From: Chiloscyllium plagiosum
Taxonomy: Eukaryota
DNA: 64,000 bases
Assembly (NCBI RefSeq): GCF_004010195.1
Contig: NC_057718.1
Span: 92,026,039-92,090,038, forward strand
Reading direction: 5' to 3'
The first letter of the stretch is position 1. Every line of letters begins with the position of its first letter. Shown here piece after piece: positions 49,264-61,720 of this stretch. The position numbers and the translations under genes are program-made. The notes under the pieces are model-generated. The model saw only the letters and a list, made by a program, of their open reading frames with translations, was not told where the DNA came from and did not search any database.

Positions 49264-50309
49264 CGGTTTTGTTTCCATGTTGACACTAGTAATTCTTGCT
49301 GGATTGCTTGTCCCTATAAGACAAAGTACTTCCTCTTGCTCACTCATATGGCTATTATTCAGAGGTTTACAGGGATAATTAAGAGTAGAATTTTCACAGG
49401 TGTTTTCCAGAAGCCATCTACTTAGTGGAAGGGGGTCCTTGGGGGTCAGTTAGCTCAGATGTCTGAATAACTGATTTGCAGATGTAAAGTGACGCCGGAA
49501 GTCATCTCTCTAACAAGACAGCAGCCCTACTGTCCAGTGGGTTATAGTGACTTTACTATGAACAAGTTTGCACTCAGTGGAATATCAGCAAAAATGCTGC
49601 AGAAATGTTGCAGATTGCCATTTGCATTTTCTCTACAGAGTTTCCACCAAGTTTGGTGGGTGCTTGGGAGAAACACTGAAGGAAATTCCAGATAACAATT
49701 TTGGCAGGATATCTGTCCAAAGGAAGTATCACAACCTGCCTTAAGTCTGTTCTAGGGGATGCAAAACAGGATGTGTCAAATTTGCTGCCTGTCTTACATC
49801 CTGCCCAATGTTTTTCTATTGATTTCAGTGGAAGTTTAAAAGCTTTCAATAATGCTAAGGGCCACCAACATGAGGAGTTTCAAACATTGTTATGGTGATT
49901 GTCCTGGAAAACGTGACATTTGACATTGATGCAGTGTTACTGCCAAATTTAAATTCCAGCAGTAGCTGTAATCAGTGGAGCCGCACCAAATAGGAAGGAG
50001 ATCTGTACCAGTAAGTTAAAATGTTAGCTTTGCTTCGATTTTAAACGTCTGATTGACCAAACTCAGATTTGTGAAAATGTTGAACACATTGAAAACTTTT
50101 TTTGAACAACTACTGATAGAAACCAAAAGTAGAAGATTGAAAGGTAAAGCTTTAGAACCACAAGAACATGATAGACATGCTCAGTGTCAACAGCAACAGC
50201 TTACACTTAGATAGCATTTTTAACAGTTGTGGGTCACTCCCAAGCAGAAATAGGAAGGAAATACACAATGTTGGCTTTTAATGCTACCAAAGGGATAAGT
50301 CTTAATGAG

Positions 50310-50945
50310 CAAATACAGAGAATGCTGGAGAAACCCAGCAGGCCTGGCAGCATCTGTGGAGAGAGAAAAACAGAGTTAACATTCAAAATCAGTATGATTT
50401 TTCTTAAGAACTGAAATGTTATTTTTATACATTGGACAGCGCCGAGGAGGAGCAAGACAGCAGATGGTATAGCGGCCCCATGCAAAATACAAAGGGGCTG
50501 TTAATAGTGGAGGAAAAAAATGTATAGAGGGTGGAAATTAAAGTGTGAAAGAGGCTGTTAATAGTGTAGAAAATACAAAGGGGCTGTTAATAGTGGAGAA
50601 AAAAAATTATATAGAGGTTGGAAATTAAGGTGTGAAAGGGAGAGAATTGGTCCTACCTACCAAGTGCAAAGTAAATAAGACACAAACCCAACATGGTTGT
50701 GAGGTTGAATAGAATGTAAGAAAATGGAGGGCAGACAGAAGAAGGGCACTTTCTAAAGTTACTGAATTCAATGTTGAGACCTCAATCTCTAGCATTCCTA
50801 AACGGAAAATGAGGCATTGTTCCTGGAGATTGTACGGTGATTCATTGGAATAATGCAGCAGGCCTAAGAGGGAAATATCATCATGGGAGCAAGATGCTTT
50901 ATTGAAATAGCAAGCAACTGGGAGGTTAAGGTCATTCAGAGGCAG
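50310..50945 (-). mobile_element. Older Penelope-like element (family C) 3' part
   Basis: ORF 50625..51164 contains NLPVACYFN..SHDDISLLGLLHYSNE..LQEQCLIFRLG, homologous to the GIY-YIG C-terminus at 48742. Terminus resembles 36245-36357. Includes an 86-bp tandem duplication at 50484-50640. Confidence 0.7.
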
Positions 50946-51254
50946 CAAGATGGAAACCTTTAGAGAGGTAATTTCAGAGTACAGGGCAAGTTGGCTGAGA
51001 TTGAGCCACAAATGATTTAACAGTGAAAATGGGCCATGTAAATAGAGCAGAAGGAGCAAGCAATGGACTGAAGACATTTGCATAGGTATAGGGAGGAGAC
51101 AGGCCATGCAGACATTTGTATGTGAGGAAGGACTTGTTCTCCATAAAAATTTGATTTTTATCACCTTATTTTCCTGCGTTTTATGAAAGCTTATTCACAA
51201 GAGAGAATAAACTTTAGTAATCTACTATACAAAGTTGGGCACAAGTTGACTCAG

Positions 51255-51870
51255 CGTATAAATTGCTACAAGAGCAGGTCAGCGGTTAGGAATACTGCGG
51301 TGAGTAACTGACCTCCTGACTCCCCAGAGCCTATCCATCACCTACAAAACACAAGTCAGGAGCATGCTGGAACACTCCACAGTTGTGTGAATGGGTCAGG
51401 TCCAGCACTTCTGAAACTTGACACCATCAATGACAATGCCATCTAAATGATTGGCACCACATCCATAAGCAGCCATTCCCTCCACCACTGATGCTCAGCA
51501 GCAATGTGCACTGTTTACAAGATGCACTTTGGATATTCACCAAAGATTATTAGATATTATCTTACAAACCCACAACAACTTCTATCTAGAAGGACAAGGG
51601 CAGCAGGTATATGGAGATGCCTATCACCTGCACGTTACCATCCAAGTCACTCACCATTCTGACTTGGAAATATATTACTGTTCCTTCACTGTCACTAGGT
51701 TAAAGTCCTGGAATTCCCTCCCTCAGGGCATTGTGGGTGAACCTACAGTACATGGACTGCAACGGTTCAAGAAGGCAGCTCACCACTACCTTCTCAAGGG
51801 CATTTAGGGACAGGCAATAAATGCTGGCCCAACCAGCAATCCCCACTTCCCATGAGTGAATAAAAAAAAG
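51255..51870 (+). mobile_element. L2-like (CR1/L2 group) LINE 3' end
   Basis: AGQRLGILR*VTDLLTPQSLSITYKTQVRSMLE..KSWNSLPQGIVG..HGLQRFKKAAHHYLLKG; tail gcaataaatgctggcc..gtgaataaaaaaa. Confidence 0.75.
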
Positions 51871-52614
51871 TAATTGTCTATACCAAATAATAATGTTTAG
51901 ACCTATACTTGGGTTATAAGCTTCCAGATTGCTGCTCAAGCAGATAGTCAGGAACAAGAAGAACTGAACATTCAAGAACCCTACTGAAGAGAACCTTGTG
52001 GCAAGATTCAACAAGACAGAATATATAATTGATGGGAAAAAGCATTTCGGACCTGGCAAGAGAAAGGCGGCAGCAAGAGTAATCTAGGGACTCCATGGAG
52101 TAGAATATTCATCACACTAAGACAGTTACAGATTGCATCAGGTGCCAATAATCTGTTGGAATAGATTCTAAGCGAGGTACAGCCAGAGAGCAAACAGATA
52201 TCAGAGACTTCATGAGTAACATTCAAATCCCTGGGGGGCAAGGGGAAAATTTGTAAAAACAGCATAGTTTACAGGGTGGGAAAGCTAGAAGTAAACAAAA
52301 TACTTACAGCTCAGATTAAGTGTTGCTTCCATAGCATGTCGGCACCACAAGGCACATCTACAGTAATGAAAATCAAGGACCACAGAAACAGCTTACAAGA
52401 AGGTCACAGACTCGGGACCATTGCAATGTGAGAATTAAAACAATGGGGCATTTAGTAAACAAAATTTCATGAAAAAACAAAGTAACAAGAGTATTGAAGC
52501 TGCAGAAAAGGCAGGAAATCCACTAACATAACTGAGGTCAAGACTGCAAGTAAATTTTCAAGCCAAAGATAGTGGGAATCATTTAGGAGAAACAGGCAAA
52601 ACATCAGATTTATG

Positions 52615-52995
52615 GAGTCATAGAGCTGTACCACACAGAAACAGTCCCTTTGATCCAACTTTTCCATGCTAACCAGGTATCCTAAATTAATCTAGTCCCA
52701 TACACCAGCATTTGACCCATATCCCTCAATCCTTCCAATTCATGTACCCACCCAGAAGCCATTCAAATGTTGTAATTGTACTCGCCCCCACAACTTGCTC
52801 TGGCAGCTCATTCCATACACACACCACCCTCTCCATGAAAAAGTTGCCATTCAGGTCCTTTTTAAAACTTTCCCCTCTGACCTTTAACCTATGCCCTGTA
52901 GTTTTGGACTCCCCATCCCAGGGAACAGACCTTGTCTATTTCGCCCATCCATGCTCTTCATGATTTTGTAAACCTCTGTAAGGTCACCTCTCAGC
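52615..52995 (-). mobile_element. CR1 3' end fragment
   Basis: Same reverse-strand tail as 20600, 31445 and 61283 (gagtcatagagctgtac..aatctagtccca..). Confidence 0.8.
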
Positions 52996-53399
52996 TTGTC
53001 TGAGAAGAGTGGGAATCATTTATTGACATAATGATCAGAGAGGGAACAATACATAAACCAGCAGCAAAAGGGATTAATTGGAGAAAAGCGTTAAGGAGAT
53101 GGGAATCATTATTTAAGGCCACACAAGAAGCAGGAAAAAGTTGGAGTCCTTCATTATAATCACAGAAATGTGGGAAATCCCTCCTGTGCAGCAATACACA
53201 GAAGCAGCATTGCTATCCTGCAATATTAAAAACCTTTAAAACAAGCAAAACAAATGATCACATTCAAAGGACATGACACCAGAAACAATATTTCCAAGCA
53301 AGCTCAATTTCAGAGATGGGCCAAATAAACCAGAAAGTTTGTTATCTTCAAAAACGTAATTCTTCAGATATAGAATTGCTTCTTAACTAGTTACAGTTC

Positions 53400-54245
53400 A
53401 TTTATTGATGCTCTTACTCATCTTCATACTGATGACAGTTAAAAAGGTGATACAAAGAGACAAGATGGCATTCTGCAGGAGAAAATTGATAGAGTTTGTG
53501 TTCCTGTTAGAATTTTGGAACCATTTGTCAGACCAGTTCCACAAAAGTATCAAGGCCTGAGAGGAAGCATAGACAACCCTTAGTACATATTCAATTATTT
53601 ACATGTCTCTGTCGCTCACTTCTTAAAAGGAACCCAAGAAAGCTTTGTTGAAATTTAACAGAGCAAAAGAGAATCTGCATGATGTAGATGACAGGCATGT
53701 GAACAAGAGGAAAAGAACGCAAAAGTGTCTGTCAATAATGGTGATGCACCAAATCCTGATGAAATCTTTTTTCAAATAACAAATTTCAAGTGAAATCCTG
53801 GATGTCGTTAAAATTAATTTGAAGAGAAAGCAATCATATGCAAAAATATGTTTTGTTTTGTTTTTAGTTGATTTAGATGCCTTGGAAAAACCGTTGTGTG
53901 AAAGTGGAAAACTTCTGAATGAACATTATCCTGAAAATGATGATGTTAACCTCTTTGGTAAAATAAAGCATTTCCAAGCTTATATCAAGGCAAGTTATTC
54001 ATTTAAAGGACATTTATACCACTACACCTTGTATCAAATAATAATGCAAGATAAGATTCAGTAGGCATTCCCAATGCTAAAGCAATATTGTGACTTTTTT
54101 TGAATCTGATGGAAACTTCATGAGCAAAGTCATTTTCACAGTTGATAAACATCAAGAGTGAACTTCAGTCAACAATGCTGCAAGTAAAGCTGACTGCACT
54201 CAGCATAATGGACACTGAAAGTGTTAAACATAGCAGCTTATCATT
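53400..54245 (+). pseudogene. hAT transposase C-terminal relic (dimerisation domain)
   Basis: EFVFLLEFWNHL..LYQIIMQDKIQ*AFPN..SFSQLINIKSELQSTMLQVKLTALSIM resembles the hAT motif FPN..ERSFSKLK.IK..LRSTM.Q.RL..L. Confidence 0.8.
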
Positions 54246-54560
54246 CAGCCCCTTGAGCCTGGTCCACTGTTTGATAAGGTCAAGTTGATCTGAATGAGGC
54301 CTCTGCTTTTTCTGCCGATCCCTTATGGCCTTCAACTTCTTTGTTCGTCAAGAATCTATCTCCTTCAGCCTTAAATATATTCAATGTCCCTGCTTTCACT
54401 GCTCCCAAGGGAGGGGATTTGGACAGTTTAACAATACACTGAGAAAAAAAAATTCTTCATCTCTGTCTTAATGTGAAATCCATTATTTTTAAAGTGTGTC
54501 CCCCAGTTCTTGATTTTCCCAGCCAAGGACTCCAAACATTCTTTTAGCACTCACCTGTAT
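54240..54560 (-). mobile_element. Decayed CR1 3' end between the hAT relics
   Basis: cattcagccccttgagcctggtccactg..caagaatctatctccttcagccttaaatatattcaatg reverse tail pattern. Confidence 0.7.
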
Positions 54561-54859
54561 CAAAAAGTATATTATTCTCATAGAAAAGACATTGAAAATA
54601 TAAATATTAAAGATTTATATTTGTACATATAAATAGGCGAAGGCACAACAAAAGACGAATAATCTAAAACTTGCAATATGCCTACTTCTATTCTGAAATA
54701 CTTCCAAATGAAAATACTTCATGCTTTCTTAATTTGCATGTATGAAAACCTTTCAATTTACAGCAGCACAAGCACAAATTCCACAATTACTAAATGCAAG
54801 CGGCGAATCACCCTGTTTAAATTGTATAACTAATTTCTTTTATAATTTTATGACAGCAA

Positions 54860-55530
54860 AGACATTAATGATAATAATAAGCTACAATGTTTATCACTTT
54901 TAGTGGCCATTATGTTGAGTGCAGTCAGCTTTACTTGCAGCATTGTTGATTGAAGTTCACTCTTGATGTTTTTCAACTTTGAAAATGACCTTTCTCCTGA
55001 ACAGTTTCCATCAGATTCAAAACAAAGGTCACAATATTGCTTTTGTATTTGGGAAAAGCAGCCAAATCTAATCTTGGATTATGACTTGATACAGGTCTTA
55101 GTGGCATAAATGTCCTTTAAATGAATTAACTTTCCTTGATATAAGCCTGGAAATGCTTTATTTCTTCAAAGAGATTAATATCCTCATCATCAGGATAATA
55201 TTCCTTCAGAAACTTTCCACCCTCTCTCAACTGTTTCTCCAAGGCATCTAAATTAACTAAAAACAAAAACAAAATCCAAATTGTTCCTTTCTTCAAGTTG
55301 GTTTTTATGGCATCAATCATAGGAATAAAGGATTTCATTGAAATTTGTCTTTTGAGAAAAGAATCAGCATTGGGTATATCACCATTACTGACTGACAATT
55401 TTTCGTTCTTGTTCACATGCTTGGAGTCTAACATCGGGCAGATTCACTTTTGTTCTGAGTTAAATTTTATCAAAGCTTCACTCTTAGGAAGTGAGAGACA
55501 GAGACATGTACCTAATTGAACATGTACTAA
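54860..55530 (-). pseudogene. Second hAT transposase relic, inverted diverged copy of 53580-54245
   Basis: ORF 55126..55434 FLVNLDALEKQLREGGKFLKEYYPDDEDINLFEEIKHFQAYIK aligns with ORF 53819..54064; also GERSFSKLKNIKSELQSTMLQVKLTAL. Confidence 0.82.
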
Positions 55531-55764
55531 AAGTTACAGTTGAATGGTTCACTCTTGCTCATAATTCCTATGTTATATTTTTAGATTCTAAGCAATTCAA
55601 TTACTACTTTCTTACCAAAGTGGAATGTTGATGAAAAAAGAAACTTTCATATAGAGTGAGAATATGTATCCAGCTCTGCTTGGTGTTCTGTGTTGTTTTG
55701 TCACCAAATCTTGGGATTCTATTAGAAAATGAACTGTCATCATATTGCTCCAAAAATGTGTAAT

Positions 55765-56556
55765 ATAAATGCGAGGTGCTGCATTTTGGAAAAGCAAATC
55801 TTAGCAGGACTCATACACTTAATGGTAAGGTCCTAGGGAGTGTTGCTGAGACCTTGGGGTGCAGGCTCATAGCTCCTTGAAAGTGGAGTCGCAAGTAGAT
55901 AGGATAGTGAAGAAGGCATTTGGTATGCTTTCCCTTATTGGTCAGAGTATTGAGTACAGGAGTTGGGAGGTCATGTTGCGCTGTACAGGACATTGGTTAG
56001 GCCACTGTTGGAATATTGCGTACAATTCTGGTCTCCTTCCTATCGGAAAGATGTTGTGAAGCTTGAAAGGACTCAGAAAAGATTTACAAGGATGTTACCA
56101 GGGTTGGAGGATTTAAGGTATAGGGAGAGGCTGAACAGACTGGGGCTGTTTTCCTGGAGTGTCGGAGGCTGGGGGGTGGACGACCTTATAGAGGTTTACA
56201 AAATTATGAGGGGCTTGATAGTGTAAATAGACAAAATCTTTTCCCTAGGGTCGGGGAGTCTAGAACTAGAGGGCATAGGTTTAGGGTGAGAGGGGAAAGA
56301 TATAAAAGAGACTTACGGGCAACTTTTTCACACAGAGGGTGGTACGGGTATGGAATGAGCTGCCAGAGGAAGTGGTGGACTGGTACAATTGCAACATTTA
56401 AGAGGCATTTGGATGGGTATATGAATAGGAAGAGTTTGGAGGGATATGGGCCAGGTGCTGGCAGGTGGGACTAGATTGGGTTGGGATAGCTGGTCGGCAT
56501 GGACGGGTTGGACCGAAGGGTCTGTTTCCATGCTGTACATCTCTATTACTCTATGA
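55765..56556 (+). mobile_element. CR1 3' portion
   Basis: ORFs 55859..56474: LKVESQVDRIVKKAFGML and LYRTLVRPLLEYCVQFWSP; tail ctctattactctatgac. Confidence 0.9.
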
Positions 56557-57086
56557 CAATGGATGGAGAGGAAAATTATTTGTTGTGAAGGAATGCTCCT
56601 GAAACTTGAAACAGAAAGCACCAAATTTGATCCTTATGGTAGCCCTTAATCAAAGCAACACAGAATTAATTTGATGAACTTTGCATTAATTTGATGAACT
56701 ATTGACAAAAACAGTACATTTGGTTGTTTTAAAATATTTTGATTATGGTTAAAGATATAACTAATTCATGGAAGAAAAGGTGTTACATTGATTTAATGTG
56801 AACTAGTAAGGAAATACAAAGGACCATAGGCATCTCTTTCCATTAGACGGTGACAACTGCTTACATATAGTTTCAGGGTAACCACTCCATAAAAGTATAG
56901 TAGGGTCAGGAAGTCGACCCTCATGATCTACCAGAGCTGGCAAGGGGTTTGGAACCTCACTGTTAGCTTTAATCTGCATCATTCTCTAGCCATTTAGCCA
57001 CCTGGGCTAACAAACCTTAATGTGAATTAACAGTATTTTTACACATTTCAAAATGGCAATGGACTACATACACATTTGCGGTTCAC

Positions 57087-59005
57087 TTTTTTCTCAGATA
57101 TTTTTATTGAAAATTTTAACATGTTTTAACAAGTTTACAAAAGAAAACTAAAAAAAAGACCAGTTAAATCTTAAATAAATGATAACCAAAATCTATCAAA
57201 CAAGAAAACAGAAATACCAAGAGAACAAAAAGACAAAATTTAACTAACTACTCATCTAACTTACAACTAACCAGAGTGTATCCTTAAAATTCTTACATTA
57301 TTCAAGAGAAAAAAAAATCCAACAGATAACACATAAATTGAGCAGTGATATACATGCTTGGAATGTGTTAACATCAGATCACAACAAAACCCGTATTTAT
57401 CCAAAACATCCTGAGCATAGAGCATATAAAATTCACGAAAGTAAAAGCTCTTTAGTGCATTCAGATCAATATAATAAAAAAAACTGTTTCTAAATAGTAA
57501 AAAAAAAATGTATTTAAATGGAGATCTTCCCCCTTATTCCCAAGGGGCATCACTTCCTTTCCAAAAAACCCATCATAACCTCTCCCAACCAGTGCCCCAC
57601 CCTTGCCCCAGCCACCCCTCGATAGGATAAAGAAAATTGAAGTATACTACTGAACTAGAACTAACAGTGAGTACCCTATCCCCCACCCACACCCACACCA
57701 ACACCAACACCTGGATATATTTGGTAATGTTAATACCATATATGAACATATATGACTATAAAATTACAGTCTCAGCAAATAATAATTAAATATATTAATA
57801 CAAAATAAGAGGGGAAAACAACCCTGCTCCCAAGGACAAGGATAAAATAAGATAAAGTAGCCACCTTCCCCCCATCTACATTAACTAGACCCCCTGGCCT
57901 ATATATATATATAAAAAAAAAAGGAAAGGAAATCGCTAAGTAAAGGATGAATAAATAAACCCTTCTTCCCACCCCCCGGAGATAATATTAAACAGTAAGA
58001 TAATGAAAGGAAAAAAAAAGGGTGAGTAAACCGGGGTGGGGGTAGGGCAAAACAACATCAATTAAATCTTATAATTTGTCTAAGAGAGTCCAAAAGTTCC
58101 TTGGCCTTCTCCGGTGATCCGAAGTTATACACGGACCCTTCATGGCTAAAGCGTAGTATAGCAGGGTAGCGCAAGGAATATTGAATGTTTAAATCCCTTA
58201 AACGCTTCTTTGCTTCATCAAACGCCTTCCTCTTTCGGACCAAAGATGGAGAAAAGTCCTTATAGCTCTGCAGCCGGAACAGGACTGGGCGGGGACGCTG
58301 GTTCAAGCCGGGCCCGCGTATTGCAACCCGGTAGGCCCAGTCTACCCTTTACCTGGCCTGATCCAGCCTCCAGATTCAATAACTGCGGAAGCCACTGGTC
58401 AAGGGACCTTGTAAGCTGACCTTCTTCTTCCCGTTTGGGAAGGCCCAGCAAACGAATATTTTTTCGACAACCTCGATTCTTGATGTCGTCAATGTGATTC
58501 TCTAAGGTCCGGACTTGCTGCTCGAGAGTCCGGACCCGATCCATAGACGATTCTGCAATGGCCTCAGAGGTCGCGGCATTTAGCTCCACCCCTCCGACTC
58601 GGCATTCAATTTCTTCGATGTCTCGGCCGTACTTTTGTAGCGTGGCCGAGAGTGCATTCCATCGACTTCGGGACTCTTCTATGAAAGCATCGATCTTCGC
58701 GTTGAGTTTGGAGATTATTTCCGCGAGGCTAGCCACCGTAGGTAAGTCCCCTGGGGTGGCTGCGGACGCCTCTGCTGCAGCTGGGGAGCGTGGGGGATGG
58801 GCTCCTGCCTGCTGAGAACTGCGGGCTCCTTTCCTCCTAGTCATTTTTACAGGAGACTGAACTGTATAAATTTAGTACTAAACCACTAATTATGTTAAGT
58901 AAAAACTATTTTTAATTGATTTGGTGAGTGTGGTGGAGGAGGGTGGCCCACTTTGCCTGGGTCTTGGGAGGAGCACTATAGACTCAGACTTGCTGAGTCG
59001 CCGCC
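57087..59005 (-). mobile_element. ORF1-only L1-clade element (half-L1/HAL1-like), 1919 bp
   Basis: GC-rich 5' end ggcggcgactcagc, L1-type ORF1, no recognisable ORF2, aataaa plus short A tail at the 3' end, TSD gcggttcac at 57078-57086 and 59006-59014. Confidence 0.8.
58058..58844 (-). pseudogene. L1 ORF1p (coiled coil, RRM, CTD), frameshifted near 58345
   Basis: Heptad-like region, then DDIKNRGCRKNIRLLGLPK (compare L1 NRxRRxNIRIxGLPE), RPRPVLFRL, DFSPSLVRKRKAF and LRYPAIL; split between ORFs 58260..58844 and 58058..58306. Confidence 0.88.
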
Positions 59006-60226
59006 GCGGTTCACGTTTTATACACAGCATGTGTATCAGCTCCTGTTTACGGAAGGATTTTGTGGATTTAAAGATCAACTTATATGCTAGAAGCTACAAT
59101 ATAGCAAAAGATAAAACGATGAGTCAGTTACTTATGTAATTTATTATTAACACAATAGTTATCCTTATTCGCTGACTGGGTTTCCTGCTATTCTTTCACA
59201 CCTAAAATTTGCTACCTTTATGACATCAATATGCTATTCCCAGAGTACTATTTTAAAACAGGCTTTAACCTATTTATTTCAATTTGAAATAAATCAATTA
59301 TTGGTCACAAACTATTTCTAATTTTTCATTTCATGCTGGGACAGAGTTTGCTATCAGACTGTGGTTTAAAACAGAAAATGGATTAAGTTAGAGATCAGCA
59401 GATAGTAGAGGTAGATTAGAGGTCAGGTAAGAGGGCATGGGGAGGAAGAGAGAAAAAAAGATGCAAAGAAAGAGCTATGAGATTAAACAGGTGGAAGGAG
59501 AGGATAATTCAACTATGAAAAGGCGTGAGAGAGTACACAGACAGGAGGCCGAGAAATGGGGAGAGGTGGTGATGGGAGGAGAGCGGGGCACGAGAACTCA
59601 GAAAGTGCAGATAACTTATTATTACCTTGCATTTGTCCTTTTAAATCACTCTGCAAGCTTTTGTTTGTTAGACTGCTTTGAAACTTAACATTTATCACAT
59701 TAGAATGATTTTTGTTCAATTGTCACATTCACAATAATTCGAAGAAATGTTTTGAATGGCGCTTAAGTCAAGAAAATTCTGAGTGTGGACTTTTTATCTG
59801 AATTATTTACCCAATGCACACTGAAAACAGATGCACTTCTTAAAAATACTAAATAAATTTTCTCCACTGACTTGCCATAGGGTAAGATCTCTAACTGTCC
59901 CATGATCACAGTCAAGTTAAGCACTTTTCCTCAGTGAAACTATTCATCCAGTATGCAGGAAGGAAGATCAAAACATGTACAAGGAAGTTCAACAATTCAT
60001 ATTTGGAGCTACTTGTGCATGAATTCTACAAACCATCAAAGGTAAATCAGAAGTTTAAACTTGGACCAGATATATCTTTCTGAACTTGAAGTTTGCTCAA
60101 GAACTTCTTGGGCCAGGTGCACTAACAGACTAATAGATTCATTGTTCCCAAGTCCTAAACTGCACATCCCAACCCAGATACAACCTGTTACTCCAGTGGT
60201 GCAGAGATGATGACTAAGTCAGAAAG

Positions 60227-60436
60227 TTATGATTTGGAGATGCCGGTGTTGGACTAGGGTGTACAAAGTTAAAAATCACACAACACCAGGTTATAGTCCA
60301 ACAGGTTTAATTGAAAGTACACTAGCTTTCGGAGCGACGCTCCTTCACAATCACCTAATGAAGGAGCATCACTCCGAAAGCTAGTGTGCTTCCAATTAAA
60401 CCTGTTGGACTATAACCTGGTGTTGTGTGATTTTTA
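60227..60436. mobile_element. Penelope-like family A fold-back element
   Basis: Inverted arms meeting near 60348, with the tail atgatttggagatgccggtgttggactagggtgtac on the left. Direct repeat actaagtcagaaag at 60213-60226 and 60437-60450. Confidence 0.9.
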
Positions 60437-61282
60437 ACTAAGTCAGAAAGGGTTAACAAGAAATTCACCGAAACCCAGTGGGAAGTATAGAGATATAACA
60501 TGCAAAGCTACATAATAGAGACACATCTAAACTTCTGACTGTCTTCTGTAGTTCACATATTTGTGAAATTCATTGAACTGGTTTAAGTAAACAAATCATT
60601 TTCTTCATAATATGATAATTGGAAAGAAAAATCAATGCAAAGTGAACAGGTGATATATTATAGTAAACAGTTTGTGTATGCGTGTGTCTTAATATATAAT
60701 GGATGGATTAATATGATTTTCAAGACAATATGGATTAAATATGATTAATGAAGAGAACTTTGAGGCGTGATTTTCTCTCTACTGAATTCACCTGCAATGG
60801 GATTATCATTAACCTTCTATACTATTTGCTGCCCTTTTAAAACCTGTTTTAGGTTGTCTTTTTATATGGCGAGGCACAGGATTTATTCTGAGACCACATT
60901 TGTTTAAGTAATGTTTTGTATCATCAGCAGTTGTGAATAGAGGCAAAGAGATCACTTGGTTCACTCACAAACCCATCTTCTCTGCTCCATCAAAAGCAGT
61001 TCCCTGAAATACTAGCTGGTTTGTGGATTTCAAAGTCTGATTTCCAGCTTGATAGTTGCAGGCAATGTATTTCATCTTCAATATATAAAACCTATCATAC
61101 AGGTGTAAATCAATATATGAGATGAGAGTCCTTTCAAGCCTGATTGAATACATTAGTTTCAATGTCTTTTAATAACGTGTTAATTTAAGTTCAAATGATT
61201 TTGTTTATATCATATTGTTTTTGGAAGCTTGGCTAACCTATGTAATCAGCTGATTGCTGTGGTCATTTCAAGTCAGAGCTTT

Positions 61283-61720
61283 TAGAGTCGTAGAGTCATA
61301 GAGATGTACAGCACGGAGACAGACCCTTTGGTCCAACTCGTCCATGCCGACCAGATATCCGAACTCAATCTAGTCCCACCTGCCAGCACCCGGCTTATAT
61401 CCCTCCAAACCCTTCATATTCATATGCCCATCCAGATGCCTTTTAAATGTTGCAATTGTACTAGCCTCCAACACTTCCTCTGGCAGCTCATTCCATACAC
61501 GCACCACCCTCTGTGTGAAAAGGTTGTCCCTTTGGTCTCTTTTCTATCTTTCCCCTCTCACCCTAAACCTATGCTCTCTAGTTCTGGACTCCCCCAACCC
61601 AGGGAAGAGACTTTGTCTATTTATCCTATCCATGCCCCTCATGATTTTATAAACCTCTATAAGGTCACCCTTCAGCCTCCAATGCTCCAGGGAAAACAAC
61701 CCCAGTCTGTTCAACCTCTT
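61283..61720 (-). mobile_element. CR1 3' end fragment
   Basis: Highly similar to 20600-21017; tail repeat tagagtcgtagagtcatagag. Confidence 0.88.

Noticed and set aside
60969..61003. Possible 35-bp minus-strand exon (tttcag|...ELLLMEQRRWV|gtgagt)
   Set aside because: Good splice-like words, but no recognisable protein and no partner exons; unsupported without RNA-seq.
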